Shown: positions 61,723 to 64,000 of the stretch, in pieces
Layout: each line of letters opens with the position of its first letter
Numbering within the stretch: position 1 is the stretch's first letter
NCBI GenBank assembly: GCA_008632985.1
Contig: QPGO01000020.1
Coordinates: forward strand, 620,001 to 684,000
From: Psammoneis japonica
Lineage: Eukaryota
Length of the DNA stretch: 64,000 bases
Direction: 5' to 3'
Program-made: the position numbers and the translations under genes
The notes under the pieces: model-generated
Databases searched by the model: none
What the model was told of the DNA's origin: nothing
The model's input: the letters and a program-made list of their open reading frames with translations, nothing else

Positions 61723-62569
61723 CGAGGCAGAGAGACGCAGGCTACCAACGTCGGTTTCTACTGGCTGCAAAAGATGATGAGGGCAATTCTTTCGAAGAAA
61801 TGGGAAGCAGTTTGAATTTTGACTTTTTCTGAGACAAGAAGCAAACAAGTCGAATATGATTCGAACATGCTTCGCGCTATCTTTGCTACCAGAGTTGCTG
61901 CCTCTCGTCACCTTTCGGACCGGTGTACTTCTTTCCCAGGTTACGTACTCCATGGTGATGATTATACTATTGTTCAGAGCGAGTCCCGATGATGTTGTGA
62001 TCAACAGCGAGATCTCATTATCCCTAACACGATTCAACTTCGATGCACAAGTCGGGAAGAACATGCGTGGTACGACCAGCATTTGCGCTCTTCACGAACA
62101 CACCGACCAACTGCATCGAAGACAATAGTTCGGTTGCACCATCGCTTCGTGGAGTGAAGCCAGTCCATCGCAACATACGCCTTAAAGCAGCTGAAAAATG
62201 ATAACAGAAGGATGATTAAATTAGAAGTGAGTTTAGCGGCAACGATATCCTGGCTTGCACACTTTGCAGGGCTCACCCTTTTGCTCAGTGGAATTGTTTG
62301 CAAATTATTGTTTCGCCGCTGTTTCCTTCATCCTCTAGTTGTCTCGCATGGTGTAGATTCCCGGAGAGTTCTTGCTGGCGCTCTACCTGCAGAATCTGGA
62401 GTGTTGCCGACGTGAACGTGTTGCGGTGGCAACGGGGAGTGCGCCTTGAGCCAAGCTCTTGGACTTGGCTTTCCGTGAGATTCTGGAGAAGCAGCGCTTT
62501 GAAACTGAGGTCAACTTGAATCTCATAGCCGGTATCGTGGGGAAAGTTGACAAGGAAACCATGCCCTAA

Positions 62570-63440
62570 TTTCAAGGCGGCCATGTACTATTGCAGTTGT
62601 CCCACGTGATCTTGGATAGCCCATGGTAAACTGCCTTGAATTCAGCTACCATGCACCGATGTTGTCGTATCACCAGGTGGTTGCTCAGTGGAATCAGTCC
62701 GCTTTTGGCCTCAGCCGACCAAGATCCCCATGGGATTCGTGGCCATTCCGTATTAGAGAATCTTTGACTGTTTGGATCTCGAGAATATTCTTGCTGATTG
62801 GTATACACGCACATTGGAACGAATGATCTTGCTCCCGTCAAGCCAATACTCGATCCTCACGGTCCGTGCAGAGATTCCACGCTCTTTGCTATTTCTTTTT
62901 TACGTGGAGCCATTTGTATGTTCCCCTCTTGCCAAAGTTCCTGAGTCCCATGTTAGACGCCCCCGTGCCATACTTGGTCGGAGTTGTTCGTGACAATTGG
63001 AGATGGGCAGAAAAATACGTCAATGTAGAAACCGTTCTGATGGCTTGGATAGAAATTTGGTCACCCTTGGAGAAGAAACCGAACCGCTCCCGCCTCCTCG
63101 CAGTAGGAAATACTCAAAGCTTACAGCATCCCTTGAACAAGAGACTGGAGATATCTACTGGAAAACACGAGCAATCTGGGAGGAGCATCGAAGATTTGTT
63201 CACAAGAGAGCGGATTCAAAGGCTTGGGAAAAAGCTCGACCTGAGGGAGACAAACGATGGAATGAGAAATTGCATAAATATGACGAGGCGACAAGTGTTG
63301 GTTATTCACCAGATTCACTGAATCTCATCGATGATCCTCAGAACGAGAATCATTAAAGTCAGTGGGATCGAGCACAGGAAACGTTTCTGCGCTTTTTCGT
63401 TTCTACTCTAAAAGACTACAGTAAGTTCTTGGTGATGTGG
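62570..63440 (+). pseudogene. DENN-domain protein remnant
   Basis: LERMILLPSSQYSILT, FTWSHLYVPLLP..MLDAPVPYLVGV and dDENN-like QETFLRFFVSTLKDYSKFL, separated by frameshifts. Confidence 0.8.
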
Positions 63441-63546
63441 AGGACGACATCCCAAAGAGTGTTCATGACCAGTGACATTCTCGTCAAACATATGAATGCA
63501 TGCTTGTAACAAGAGATGTATGAATTCCTAATAAACGAACGCCACT

Positions 63547-64000
63547 CTACCACAGGTTAGTGTCCGGGACAACCTGGTCAAACCAGTGTCGCTGACGTTT
63601 CTCGGGACGTTCCGTTTTCTGTTCAATGTGAAGTACTTTCTGAAGCCTTGCCCTCTCTTCCTGGAGCTCTTTTGTTTTCCTCTTCATTTCTCGATTGGAG
63701 ATTTCTTTGGTCTTCGTCAACATAACAACACATCGCCCATCATCAAATTCATATGGCTCGAATTCCACACTGAAATGGTACAATCGAATCCGATCCTTCA
63801 GATTACCTCCAAAGTGAAGCTGACCCCATACGCGTGCATCTTTAGCATCTTTAAAGCCACGGATGCATGTACATTCTTCTGGTCCGTGGAGAAACTTTAA
63901 CACTTCGCCAGAATGTTCTTCGTACTTTGGAAATGTTGCTCGACGCTGATGCCACGAGAACGCTGGGCCTCCAGCATCGAGCACTTGGCAAACCTGCTTG
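63547..64000 (-). CDS. C-terminal part of a hypothetical protein (runs off the window)
   Basis: Open frame of at least 145 aa; FSW..A.FP..EVLKFLHGP..F..A.DAR..LTKTK plus a coiled tail. Confidence 0.5.
   Translation of the reverse strand, partial: KQVCQVLDAGGPAFSWHQRRATFPKYEEHSGEVLKFLHGPEECTCIRGFKDAKDARVWGQLHFGGNLKDRIRLYHFSVEFEPYEFDDGRCVVMLTKTKEISNREMKRKTKELQEERARLQKVLHIEQKTERPEKRQRHWFDQVVPDTNLW

Overview
Eukaryotic nuclear DNA, most likely from a pennate diatom: GT-AG introns, signal peptide + ASAF plastid-targeting motifs, a frustulin-type ACR domain, and GT92-like and sulfotransferase-like genes. The window is an accessory-type region with about 8 apparently intact genes, many decayed copies of housekeeping genes (beta-COP, plastid Cpn60, SFC1-type carrier, enoyl-CoA hydratase, DENN, ankyrin, helicase), a probable LTR-retrotransposon end, a full-length PIF/Harbinger element, a piggyBac-like element, four related MITEs with 4-bp TSDs and two tandem arrays. 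The standout signal is three multi-kb tracts (about 14.8-25.6, 41.2-46.0 and 49.4-60.2 kb) from which the dinucleotide TpA has been almost erased by conversion to TpG/CpA. CpG is also lost, but only in the cores of the first two tracts. Consequences visible in the sequence: transposase Tyr codons became His/Cys, a splice donor GTAAGT became GCAAGC, paired TIRs and repeat copies differ at TA sites, and surviving TAs are mostly YTAR. This looks like a RIP-like, regional A-to-G (TAY-context) hypermutation process acting on transposons and spilling into neighbouring host DNA, distinct from 5mC deamination. All counts and alignments were done by eye and need computational confirmation.
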